A stretch of 64,000 nt of DNA from Botryllus schlosseri (lineage: Eukaryota). Below, in pieces: positions 51,171 through 63,070 of this stretch. Made by a program: the position numbers and the translations under genes. Positions within the stretch are counted from its first letter, which is position 1. The number at the start of each line of letters is the position of its first letter. The notes below the pieces were generated by a model. It did no database searches, had not been told where the DNA came from, and worked only from the letters and a program-made list of their open reading frames with translations. Where the stretch lies: positions 11,658,001 to 11,722,000 of the forward strand of contig CM119371.1 of NCBI GenBank assembly GCA_051294905.1. Direction: 5' to 3'.

Positions 51171-51497
51171 CCAGGGCAAAGCTTGGGGCAAAGCTACTTA
51201 TCACAACCTCACCTGGACGACTTTGCCGGCTTCGACCTCCCAGCAGCTCTTGTTTTTGGTTTCCGTAATATGTTGCGATCTTTTGATGGTTTTGCAATTG
51301 ACTTTTGTTGTCCAGAATTTCCAAGACTACTTGATTGATATGGCATACCAGCATCAGTCATAGGACACGATATGTCGTCTCCTGCAAAAAAACACTCATC
51401 TTCCACCCAAGATCAGAAAAGGCGTGGTAACTTAATGATTTGAGTACACGTAACTAATTCAGGTGTCAACTCTACCGTTAAAAAGCACTGCTACCAT
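51171..51497 (-). pseudogene. Inverted copy of the repeated CENP-C-like exon 'A' with both intron flanks
   Basis: GDDISCPMTDAGMPYQSSSLGNSGQQKSIAKPSKDRNILRKPK with intact AG and GT sites. The downstream flank GTGAGGTTGTGATAAGTAGCTTTGCCC matches the 28740-28950 copy. Confidence 0.92.
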
Positions 51498-51499
51498 AC

Positions 51500-52560
51500 G
51501 TCAACGCATTGATGATATCTTTACTTATTTATTGCGTGCTTTGATCAGAGCCGGTATAGTCTCCATCTTCTAGGTCTGTTTGTATCGGTTTCGTTTCTGT
51601 TCTTGACTCACTGCTGCTATTTGGGTCCCTATATCACTTGCTGTGTTCCGATACTAACGAGTCCTGTGGTATAACGATTCCATTGTGTGGGTCCAGCGGC
51701 TCATTTTCTGAGATAACATATGCTCTTGGATTTCCGTTTTCTCGTAGCTCGGTGGTGAGGTTGGGGTGTCATGGAAGCATACGATCGGTTCGGTATGCTG
51801 TACTTTGGTGTTGTTCTTCTTATTGCAGTTTTTCTATGTTTGTTTCACTTTCTTTGATTTTCGTGCAGGAGATTAGCTTGGGTGGGCCTGTTGTTTTCGG
51901 CCTCTTTATTTTTTTTGTATTGCAGCCTAGACTTGCTCGTTCCATTCAGTAAATGCACTCTGGCTTGGGTTTTGCTCGTTTTTTTATTGCAGCCTCGACT
52001 TGCTCGTTCCATTCGGTAAATACGCTCTGGCTTGGGTTTTGCTCTTATGCTGGTGTAATAATTACATCACTGTTGCGTCTAGACTTTCTTACTGTTGCTC
52101 CTGCTGAGGTACTGCAGGGGTGCAATATTCAGCAGTGTGTCCTATATGATTGCATTCCTGGCATGGTTCTTGCTCTTTTGGGCACTCTCTTGCAATGTGA
52201 TTATCTGCATTACAGATGTACCATTTTCTTTTATATATATCTTCGGCTGTCCGTATTTGACACAAGTACCCATCGATATATTTATAGTTCGGCATATTTT
52301 CTTGTTCAAAAGATTCAATCCGTACGTTGGTACGGCCGATGTATATTCTTGTACCGTTGCTGTAGAGTGTAGACAATCGGCATCTGTTTCTGTGGGTATG
52401 GCGCTCGCAAGGACATGTGTAGCTGGTGGCTACAATAATTCTATTCTGAAGAGCTCAAAACTAGGTCCCTTGAAACTCTGTTTCGCGATTTTCCGGTATA
52501 CCTGGTATGTCTGTTGTTGACACGGCTTGTTTGTCGTTAAAGAATGACATAATACAAAAT
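51500..52560 (-). pseudogene. L1/Tx1-type LINE ORF1 remnant (zinc knuckles), copy 1
   Basis: IYIGRTNVRIESF...MPNYKYIDGYLCQIR...WYICNADNHIARECP...CQECNHIGHTAEYC. Confidence 0.7.
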
Positions 52561-52772
52561 CCTCTACAGCTGGTGGAGATTTAGAAATAGTTTTGCCCTA
52601 AAAACTGTTAGAGTAGAAGAATAGAAGTAGAATAATAGAGAAACTAAAAATTCAGCTAACATGGAGTAAACACACAAAACAATCAAATTTACAAGGCAAT
52701 GATAAAGACAAAATTAAATAAGAACCAAGCAAAGAAACAATACGGTAAAAATAGAAATTAAAAATCAAGAAA

Positions 52773-53160
52773 CATGGAGTAAACTAAGGATTTCATGTTA
52801 CTATTATGCTATGTGATGGTTCGATGGGTTTGACTGTTTCTGTTTTCTAATTTTAGCAAAAAATATGACCAACCAACTTGAACCAAACCACTAATGACTT
52901 GGTAAAACATTGAAAAATTCCCGCAACGAAATGACTATGCCTCTTACGCCCTCGACTTCATGCGAAGGATAGCTGTTAAGACATTCTTCAATTTTTTTTG
53001 AAAGGCAATAGCTATTCGTCCGTAACTCCTTGCCGTAACTAGACAATGGATTCCGTCTCCGCAGAAACCGGCATTGCTGTGATGAAATACCAGAAAGTTA
53101 TTACGTCCAGCTGTATAGTAAAATAAGAAAAATTAGCGCATGTTTGAGGCGGGGAGGAAA
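52773..53160 (+). repeat. Diverged copy of 45451-45760 (last intron, terminal exon and 3' region of the CENP-C-like gene); an inverted copy lies at ~56310-56647
   Basis: Shared blocks CATGGAGT..CTAAGGATTTCATGTTA, GACTGTTTCTGTTT, AG|CAAAAAAT.TGA.CAACCA, CCTCTTACGC and CCAGCTGTATA. Confidence 0.8.
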
Positions 53161-53859
53161 AAAAACACACAGCATCTGGCAGAATCTAAAATAGATGATA
53201 TATTAGTTTGCGTCACATTGTTATTACATGCGCTAGTCGGCTGAGCTCCCATATAGCTTAGACGAAAACTATGTTACTGTGATATTTTCCTGGCAGTGAT
53301 ATTAGATTTTATTGGAATAGTAGCATGTGCCGTTTCTTGAAGCGATACGATAACAGAAGCCGTGAAGTGGCCATCAGAAAATGCTTTATAGTGCATACAG
53401 GCCTACCAACCCAATGTCAACCAGCAAATGAGCTTTTCCTTATCTATTTTCATATAGCTGGCAACGAAGCTTTTGTATTGCGATATATAGCAAATAGAGC
53501 TATGAGTTCAACTACTGCAACCTCTAAGCGCTAACCAAACGTCACATTAGTTTCCCGTCTACTATGTAGCGCTTGACGGATGAAAATATGCATAAAATGA
53601 ACAGATGCGACTTGTAACACTAATTCTTTTTCTGCTCCTCATTTTTCCTCGTCCCTTTTCTCTCTCGCGTCGCGTTTGTGTGAGTAGATAGGAAAACAGC
53701 AGTCGGATATGTTTACGGGTCGTATATTCCCGGCCTTATTTGTATCGGCTTACTAATCGTTTGGACAACCTTTTACAATACTTATGTCCAAGACATAAGC
53801 CATAGCCAGTCGGTAATCCGATTTATATCCATTGTGTGAATCTCTTGCCCAAGTTGGAT

Positions 53860-55330
53860 GTCTATCTTTGATGTTATCATATATTTTTCTAAAAGCGTGC
53901 TCGGATCAGAGTCGATATCGTCTTTCCATTCTGGAACTGTTTGCTTCGGTTTCTTTTTCGTTCCCTATTCACTGCTGCTAACTGGGTCCCTATATCTCTT
54001 GTCGTGTTCAAATACTGATGATTCCTATGCTATGACGGTTTCATTGTGTGAATCCAGTGGCTCGTTTTCCAAGATAACATTTGTGCTTGGTTCTCCGTAC
54101 TTATCGTTGCTCGGTGGTGAGGTTTGGTATCTTGGATGCATACGATTCGTTCGGTATGCTGTACTTTGATGTTGTTCTTATTGTAGTCTTTCTGTGCTTG
54201 TTTCACGTTCTGTGATATTTATTCGGGACATGGTTTGTACATCTGCTTGGGTGGGCCTGTCGTTCCTTTTTTATTTTTGTCGCAGCCCTGACTTGCTCGT
54301 ACCAGTCGGTTAATGCGTTCTGGCTGGGGTTTTGCTTTTGTGTGGGCGCAACAATTAGATAGCTGATTGCGTCTAGACTCACTGTTGCTCTGGCTGAGGT
54401 ATTACAGCAGAGTGTCCTTTATGATTGTATTCCTGGTATGTTTCTTTCTCTTTTGGGTACTCTATCACTCTGTGATTATCTGCATTGCAGATGTAGCATT
54501 TACTTTTAAATATATCTTCGACTGTCCGTATTTGACACAAGTACCTGTCGATCTACATATAGCTCGGCACCTTTTCTCGTTCAAACGATTCGATCCATAT
54601 GTTGGTGGGCCATTGTATATGCTTGAATGCTTTCTGTAGACTCTCGTTATGGACACAACTTTCGCGAAGCCTTGGCTATTAATTTTGTCCATCACAGTTT
54701 TGGTTTCGGTTTTTGTAGGTATGCCATTCGCAATGACATGTGTCGCAGGTGGTTTCGGATCTCAGTAATTCCATTCTGAAGAGCTCAAAACTAGGTCCCC
54801 TGTTTCATGATTTTACGGTGTAGAGTACGTCTCTTGCTGATATGGCTTGTTTGTCGTAAATAAATGACATTATCTATATTCCTCTCCTCAGTTCGTGGAG
54901 AGCTTCGGTTTTTGTAATGTACTCCTTGCTTACTTCGTATTCACGATATTCTGACCTAATGTCACCATAGTTTAAGTCCTCAGGTCCTCTGATGAACAGG
55001 GATCTCGGTCGATGGTGTTGGTATTCCGGTTTCTTTTGGACGATTTTGATTGATGCTGCCTATTCTTCTCCATGATGTATACCTATTTTTACATCCAATA
55101 TCGTTTATATGAGTTTCATATATCTGATTCGCACATCTGCAGCGGCTATGCCCAAGTACTGACTCCCTGATCTTAATCTATATAGGTATTAGCCATTGTC
55201 GTTCTCGTAGGACTGTAAATAGACAATAGACTGTCCTATGTGAAGTGTGTCGGGTAAAAATCTGAGGCCAATACCCACGTAAAGCGCTATTCTGTGTCCA
55301 TCTCGCATTTTGATATCTCTTTTTTGCTTA
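53860..55330 (-). pseudogene. L1/Tx1-type LINE ORF1 remnant, copy 2
   Basis: Collinear similarity to 51500-52560, e.g. GACACAAGTACC and GAGCTCAAAACTAGGTCCC. Extends further 5'. Confidence 0.7.
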
Positions 55331-55519
55331 TTTGTCATTTGATCAGAGCATTAGTGCATGAATCTTAAAAAGTAAAGAGGCAGCGTATGTTCGGTTATAT
55401 ATGCGATGGCTTGATCACGTGATGTGCCATTCAGCCGTATCGGCGAGCTATAGGTCTACTTGAGACCGGGGGTCTCTACACCGTGCGTAACGCATTCGCA
55501 CCTTCTGTGCAACCTTGAA

Positions 55520-56270
55520 ATGTTCATTTGAACTACCAGATTCATTTTATTTTCCATACTGTAAACGAATGTAGGTTTTGAAGCAAGCCGCTCAATTCTG
55601 GCTTGAACTCCATTAATGTACCCATTCATATTGGCTGCCTTATTTGGCTATATTACTGGCCACGACAATCCTAAATAAGCGAAACAATCTTTAATCCCGT
55701 AAGTGAATGTTTGAGGATCACATTTTAGTGTGTGACATAATCCAAAAACAGCTCTTTTGTGATCAAATTCCCAATGAATGTACCGATCGCAGGACGAACT
55801 GCGCTCCTTCATCCCGATGTGTCATCAGCGATGCTGGAGAAATATCCTGATCCTAATTATTTAATGTCTTTTGACAATTTGTTGCAGAATTGCCCATGAA
55901 GCAAACTCTAGAATTTGATGTCCAATTTTAGGACCCTACCACTTAACTTTACTATCATGCATCCATTTTTGTTCGTAGTGTGAATGTTAAGCAAGTAATT
56001 TCATTATTTGTATGAGATTTGAATTTCCATCGGTGTGTTCACAAATGGGAAGGTCCCCGTCATCCACGTAGTTGAACGTTGTCAAAGATAGCGTGTAAAG
56101 CCTTGGAATTTTCTTATACTTGTGATATGTATGTCCCTTGACAATTTGCAAGGACGCATGCTTGACGTTAAATTAGTAAATTGAAGAGAATCCCCTCATA
56201 CCCCTTGATTTCAGCTCGTAACGCCCTTGGACCCTTGAATGAGCTCAGAAATCACCGTCCATCATCAAAT
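55520..56270 (-). pseudogene. hAT (Tip100/ZMYM1-like) transposase remnant
   Basis: Minus-strand fragments FSSIADDTS, KELFLDY, DCRGQ and AANMNG..NGVQARIE. Confidence 0.75.
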
Positions 56271-57464
56271 GCAGTAAAAGTTTTCTTGCCATACTTATGC
56301 GATTTGTTTAAATTTTGCCGTGTGGTTTATTTCCGCCCCGCATCAAGCGTACGCTAACCTTTCTTGTTTTCTTATACAGCTGGACGTAATAACTTTACGG
56401 TATTTCATAACAGCACTGTCGGTTTCTTCGTATGAGTCGGAAAACGGCTTTTCTTCGCATGAAGTTACGGGCGTAAGAGGCATTGTCATTTCGTTGCGGG
56501 AATTTTTCACTGTTTTATCAAGTCATCAATGGTTTGGTTTAAGATGGTTGGTCATATTTTTTGCTAAAATGAGAAAACAGAAACAGTCAAACCCATCGAA
56601 CCATCACATAGCATAATAGTAACATGAAATCCTTAGTTTACTCCATGTTTGTGATTTTTAATTTCTATTTTGTCGCTATCATTGTTTTGTAAATTTGATT
56701 GATTTGTGTGTTTTTCTAAATTTTGTCCGGTTTTATTGTTCAATTTATTTTTTACACGTCGCTTTATTAAATTTCTTTTTGATGATCAGCTTGATATTTA
56801 GGATTATGTAAACGGGGATCTGAATGCGTAAAATCAGTGAAATAGTAAAAAATCATCAGCGAGTCGAGGCCAGGTATCCTCAGCCGCTAGCCAGGATAAT
56901 ACCACTACGCCAACCAGGCGCTCGGAAACTAAGTGCTTCTATAGCACTCCAACAGTTTTCAGCTTTTAGGGCAAAACTAGTTCTAAAATACTTACTTTTT
57001 TACTCGTAAATCGCTATTTATACTTGAGTACCGATGATAACTACTTTGATCATCGCTGCAGGCGGTGTGCTGAGCTAATATAATGAAAGGTAAACGTTTA
57101 ATTTTATTACAGCAATACAATCACCTTGCTTCACTATTGACCACACTTATTCAAGTACTCATTTGGTCAGTTGACGGTCAACTAAGTAACGTTTTTTGGA
57201 GTAGCTCTAGTTCTAGTTACCGATTTAGAAAAGTGAGTAGTTTTAGTTCTAGTCGCATATTTTGAAAATTCATTTGTTCTAGTTGCGAATTTTGAGAAGT
57301 AATTAGTTCTGGTTTTTGTTGTGGATTTTTAAAAGTCAGTACTTCTAGTTCTAGTCCCATATTTCAGAAAAATAGTTCTAATCCTTAATGAGGATATTGA
57401 AAAGTTAGTAGTTCTAGTTTTAGTACATAATGAAAAAAGGAAGATTACTTCAGATATAACCACA

Positions 57465-58200
57465 GAAGATATATTGGAGGATAAAGAGGAAAGATATTTC
57501 GCTGCAGAGCGTGAAAGAATAAACTGTGATGCAGGGTTGTAATGACTCAAGTCATGACTCGACTCGAGTCACGATTTTCTGATGACTCGACTTGACTCAA
57601 GTCATTTTCTCAAAATACGGAAATGACTCGACTCGAGTCATTGCGCATGACTCTAACCAAGTCATATGACTCGAGAATCCGACGGCCTAGACCGACATTT
57701 CATTGTAATTTCGAAGAGAAATATGTTACCACGCACTTGGGATTTCGTCTATTGGTACTAATACTTGAAAATGCAACCAGAAACTGCTTAAAGTGAGGAA
57801 AATTAGCATATTATCAATGCGAAGTATTCGATATCACCAAACAGGGTTATAAAAAGTGGGTTTAACAAGACTCTTACTGGAAACTGAGCAGTCGCCACGA
57901 GGACTCGGACTCGAGTCATAATACCATGAATCGGACTCGAACCTCTGCTCGATGACTTGGACTCGGTGGTGAAGGGAAAATGACTCGAGTCAAAACTATA
58001 AAAGTGAGATTGACTTGTGACTCGGAGCCTTGTGACTTGGTTACAACCCTGCTGTGATGTTTGGAGTTACTGGAAAAGACAAAATCGTTCTCCTCATCTC
58101 AAGGCAGCTACTTGAGAACTCGTAGGCATGAAAGCAACATCAGCTCCATCGGAATGAGTTTTCAGCAATGCAATAGAACCCTTTACTCTGTGCGTAACGA
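57465..58200 (+). pseudogene. hAT transposase C-terminal dimerisation domain remnant, split by a MITE
   Basis: Removing 57532-58059 gives EERYFAAERERINCDVWSYWKRQNRSPHLKAAT*ELVGMKATSAPSE*VFSNA. Confidence 0.85.
57532..58051. mobile_element. Full-length CAGGGTTGTAA-family hAT MITE (520 bp)
   Basis: TIR CAGGGTTGTAA/TTACAACCCTG and perfect 8-bp TSD CTGTGATG (57524-57531, 58052-58059). Confidence 0.93.
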
Positions 58201-60199
58201 CCTAAGCTTCGTTTTCGGACGTTAACCATTCACATGGTTAGTAGTAGTGCGATGTTTTAAAATGTTGACATTTTTCACAAAGCTTAATTTTAACCTCACG
58301 TATGCAAATTAGGTGTTTTCGCACATAATGTTACAATTGTACTGCTCATCTTCATTTCTGGTCAGAACTGTCTGTCCTTACGAACTTGTTTGACTTGACA
58401 AAATGTTTTGACTTGAAAACTTAACTCAACTTAACTTGAAAACTGAAACATTTTCACATGAAAAAGCTTTTATTTTAACGAAATCTGGCACTATGAACAA
58501 TTCCACTAGTTACACCACATTATTATGGTAGAAATAATTAATATTTGTTGTAGTACAACGAAAAATACTTTTCTTCGTTCTCGCGTAGAAAGTGTCTGTC
58601 CTTGCTAAGTAGCTTACCAAGAGTGGAGAAAGAACGTTAAATATCTTCGGGCGCACCCGTTGGTACATAGACTTCGTTACACATGTCATATTACCTCCTA
58701 TCTACCAGAGGTGGTCAGGAACGAAGTACTTCTACTTTTTCGAAGTACTCAAGTAGAACTATTTTCAGCAAATTCTACTTCATAATATTTTGTGATCTAC
58801 TTATTTACTTTTCGCTATTTTCAGTTAGTCAAGTAGAAGTAGTTTAACCTTCCAATCAGGAAGATAGCCTGAGGAATTTCGGGGCTGTTTGAAGGATTAT
58901 CAACATTTAATTTTCAGAAAAGTCGAGTAAATTGCAAAATTTTCTTCGAAATAATTCACGAAAGAATTCTGTGCCCCTTCGAGCTCACCCCCCCCCCATT
59001 TGAGGGGTTTAGGGGGCGGCAGTCACGGTCCTAGTTGTGCGTACACTGCTGGTGACACGTCGTGTTGCTTCATTCTACAATGCGATGCATAAGTATTCTT
59101 ACTGCAGTTAGGATTTTGCGGCATGCTGAAGATATGGAAATCGCCAACACATACTAAACTAAAAGACGCACACGATTTCGAATTGGTATTCTTTTACTGG
59201 GAAATAATTTTCCCTGCGGGATGGCATTTGTTCTGTGGGGCTCAGATCGTCAGGACAGGAACATTAGGCGCCAGCCAGACTTTTGGCGTCTATGGACAAT
59301 TAACACGGACATGTAGGCTATATCGAGGTTTTCGGTCGTCACAAGGGCAGTCCTTTTCGACCAAGGTCTTCTCATCTCTGCTGATCGTTCTGGCACACTT
59401 CTCGGAGTCGCATGTTACATGGCCTATAACTTCGTATGTCGTGGCGCAGTAATGGCCGACGCCGGATAACCCATTTCTATAAATCATGCGTATAGGCCTA
59501 TTTTTGTCGGGGGGAAGGGTACCCAATAATCATGATACTTGTGTCATTATTAAATCGCGAAAAATTTTGAAAAAGTTGCATAAATTTCCAAAAAAAATCT
59601 CTATAATTTATGTTATTTCACGAAGTAACTTTTGGCCCCCTTCGAGCTCCCCCTCCTCGATTGGGGGTTTGGGCTGCGGCCGTTACGGTCCTGCTGATAA
59701 TTATATAATATTATCGATGCACCATCATTAAACCAAGGCTACAGCTGACACGAAGATCAAATGCTTGACTGTGGTCAATAGCAGTAATTGTGTTTTGAAT
59801 GTCTGTGCCTACTCGTAGCCTACTTTACGAAATATAGAATCTGTCTGTCGACAAAGCAATAATTCGAAATTTACTTACGGTACTTACAGTGAACAGCAGT
59901 ATAACCGGTTTCTGCTGCTTAGTCTACAGCAGAATAAGCTGTGGAGAAGGCAGCATTTATTGCGTAGTGAAAAAGGGCGCAGTGCAATCGACACTTGGGG
60001 TAAATAGTAGTGAAGCTACAAATCATAGATAAATGTTTCTGAATTATATTGCGAATATAGTTTTAGCTACTAATGCGGCCGTATAATAATAAGCCCTTAT
60101 TTCAACACCAATGGTACACTCTTATTAACTAATCTTATATTAACTATAATCTAATAAGGTAAACTGAGCAAGCGTAAAGAAGTTTTTCGTGGCAATTAA

Positions 60200-60640
60200 G
60201 AGAGAAGTCAAGTGTATCAAACGAAGCCTGAAGGGCGGGTGTTTCGCACATTGCAATATCTGCAATTGTGGCATTAACTTGGAGGCCATAGGAAAGATCG
60301 CTATTTCAACCCACTATGAGACCAAAAAACACAAGAAGAGTGTCATAACGATTAATTCGAGCCAGTCGATGAATAACTTACACAAGTCGATCAGCACCAA
60401 CGACCATAGACTAGAAGGCAGCTGCTACAGAGGGTACCTTGTCATTCCATACTGTCAAACACCAGCAGTCATTCCTCACCAACGATTGCACATGCACATC
60501 GCAATTGCTCAAAGCAATATCCCTCGATTCCAACATCGCAAAGAACTTTGCTTCGGTCACGACCAAGACTACAAACAATGTTACTGGAGTTCTTGCTTCA
60601 TACGCTCGAAAATGATTTTGTATGAACTTGGTGTACACTG
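60200..60640 (+). pseudogene. hAT transposase N-terminal remnant (frameshifted)
   Basis: Zinc finger AHCNICNCGINL...THYETKKH, then in a shifted frame KAAATEGTLSFHTVKHQQSFLTNDC...DSNIAKNF...TKT...VLA. Confidence 0.75.
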
Positions 60641-60833
60641 CAGACATGGGTTATCGCGATTAGTAATCCTAATCGATTACGGCGATTACAGCATTTTCAA
60701 GTAATCGTAATTGCAATCGATTACATTCGAAAAAATTCCGAAGTAATCGTAATCGACTACTTCTCATATCGAAGCGATTTCTTTGTGAAAGAACGATTAC
60801 GTTTTATTTGTCCAATGAATATGATATTAACTG

Positions 60834-61202
60834 TAGGCTTACCATATTTTGGAAATCAAAAAATAGGACACTTTTTCAGAAATTTGCAACTTGCAAAACC
60901 GGAGCGAAATTCTCAATAACCGGTTAATTTTTCCCACTTTGTGATCAGTTGACTAAAAAAAAAGGTCATCTTTTACGCTCAGAGCTAAAATCACCGTTTT
61001 TCACTCCGAAATACCCGTCGAAGCTTCACTTCTCTGCTAATATGCGCCATATCACTCGCAATTTTCTCTAAATCTGCCTAAATTTTCAAAAAAGAGGACA
61101 AAATCTCAAAAAAGAGGACAAAAGGGCGTCCTCCGAGGACACTTTAAAAAAAGTCAAAAAAAGAGGACAAATCCTCTTAAAAGAGGATGTATGGTAAGCC
61201 TA
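60834..61202. mobile_element. hAT-type MITE (AGAGGAC subterminal motifs)
   Basis: TIR TAGGCTTACCATA/TATGGTAAGCCTA and perfect TSD ATTAACTG. A related copy lies at ~14964-15239. Confidence 0.88.
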
Positions 61203-61779
61203 ATTAACTGGATATTCGTGAACGAGGAAGAGATGCTATACCAGTTACCCAGTTACGTGATAGCACGAGCGTCTGATTTTCAAATGTCATTGCTCATTAT
61301 TACGTCAGAAGTAGCCTTTTAGCTTTGCTAGTCATTGCGTAAGAAGTATCCACTCTACAGTAATAGATGTTCGATGTACGTGCATTAGTGTGATTGTAAG
61401 AACACCCACCGTGCTGTTTATCAGCTTATCAACACGCCATAGTAGGCTACCTCGCAGCAGGATAATTAATCACCACTTTGCCTAGTTTAAAGGTCAACTG
61501 CATCTTCATAGACAACTTTGTGGAATCATGTTCAGAATTTTTTTTCATACCGAAATTACCGACTTTCCGTGTTTCAACTCAATCGGAAATTGCCGTAATT
61601 TTGACTCAAAGTCCCAATATTGGTATGTTTACAGAAAAAGCAGAATGTGCATTGTGACGTCAAGTACATGACACATCTTCTCGCCACCGGTCACAGCGGC
61701 TGTTTGTGTTCTCGCAGTTTTCATTCTCGTCAGTTATGGCCGAGGTTTCCATTGTAACGGACTCGCCCTAACTGATTAT

Positions 61780-63070
61780 GAAACTGAGTCCGAGTACTCG
61801 GATGTCGAATGTATCATTTTTGCACTCATACTTATAAAATTAACGTTCAAATACGGCAGCGGTTGAGGTGTTGCTGCGCTCGATCCCACGTCAATGGGAC
61901 CCCTTGCAGCTTCATATGATGGGTCATTTGAGTATGATCATTGATCAGCCTAGCTTGCTCAGCGTAAGCCGCTAGTCGAGACTACATTAACTACAGTGGT
62001 ATCTACAGTTTCTAGTGCAATTGCTCGTTTCAGTCATGTATCTTGATATCATGAGTAGCAGGTGTCAGTGTGGATGTTGCCAGCTTATGTCATCTATAAG
62101 CGAAAGTTTGTGCTGTAAGGAGGTTCGGAGAGTTACTGGACGTTGACGTATTGGAGATATATTAACATCAAGTTCGATGCAGGAGCGTGACGGGGCTCTG
62201 TTTTAGTTGCCAAGTACTTTTCTCGCACTATTACACTTATTTTCATTTTCCAGGAAGCTGAGACATACGGTACTGCCTACAGAAATTTTGTTTGCTGGGT
62301 GTGGGGATTCTGTGGCAAAATCCTGCCTTCATGCGTTGCTACTGCTGTCCGAACAACATTTACATTTACAAGGATCCCAGTTCAGTAACGCCACATCGTG
62401 AATGAACAGTTTTATTGTAACTAATAAACGCATATAACTAATCGACCAAAATAATGACTGTGTCAGGCAGAGAAGCATATCGGGTTTTATGTCGGGCAAT
62501 AGCTTCCTCTCTGTTAATTTTTATTATGCTGCTAGTCAGAGGAGGGGAACGGTCTCAGCGGCATCGCTTAACTCAACAGTTTCTGGTCCAGTTCTGACGA
62601 GTGCTTGCACTTCTTCGACAAGCTCATTGCAGTAATCTAGAACAGGCATAAAAATGTGACGAAATTTTATGACGCGGTCAGATCAACGGCAGTTACCAAA
62701 TGTTGAATTTTCAAGTATCTTGTGGACAGTAAATTCGCCGTTCTTGTACTTTGGATATTTGACACAGTACCGCGGCGCTCCTTCCCTTGACATTTTCTGA
62801 GCTTTCGCGCAATTTTCATTGAAGTGTAGGATTGCCAACTGCATCCTACAAAAATGCATATTGATGAGGCTAGTAATTATGCCAAAATCTGATATAGGTT
62901 GTTTTGAATAACCAAGACAATGAAAGGTACCTGGCTTTTTGACTGTTATGGTGGCAGTGATATAACTTTGGGCAGAAATGATTAACGAGGGCGTTGAATG
63001 ATTCACTTCCAGCAGTGTTTCCATTCGGAGATAGATGGCGTATCGTAACTGGGTCATTAACACAACTTTC
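61780..63070. mobile_element. Kolobok-type transposon remnant: transposase C-terminus (minus strand) converging on a KolX/P2X7-ballast-like gene (plus strand)
   Basis: Minus strand: LEVNHS, RMQLAILHFNEN...YPKYKNG...TF, DYCNELVEEV and EAIARHKTRY. Plus strand: CQCGCCQLM...ESLCCKEV (62063-62126) and RKLRHT/AYRNFVCWVWGFCGK.LPSCV (62253-62350). Confidence 0.72.

Noticed and set aside
50844..51338. 164-aa ORF as a gene
   Set aside because: It is a chance fusion of a LINE fragment with the antisense strand of an exon-A copy.
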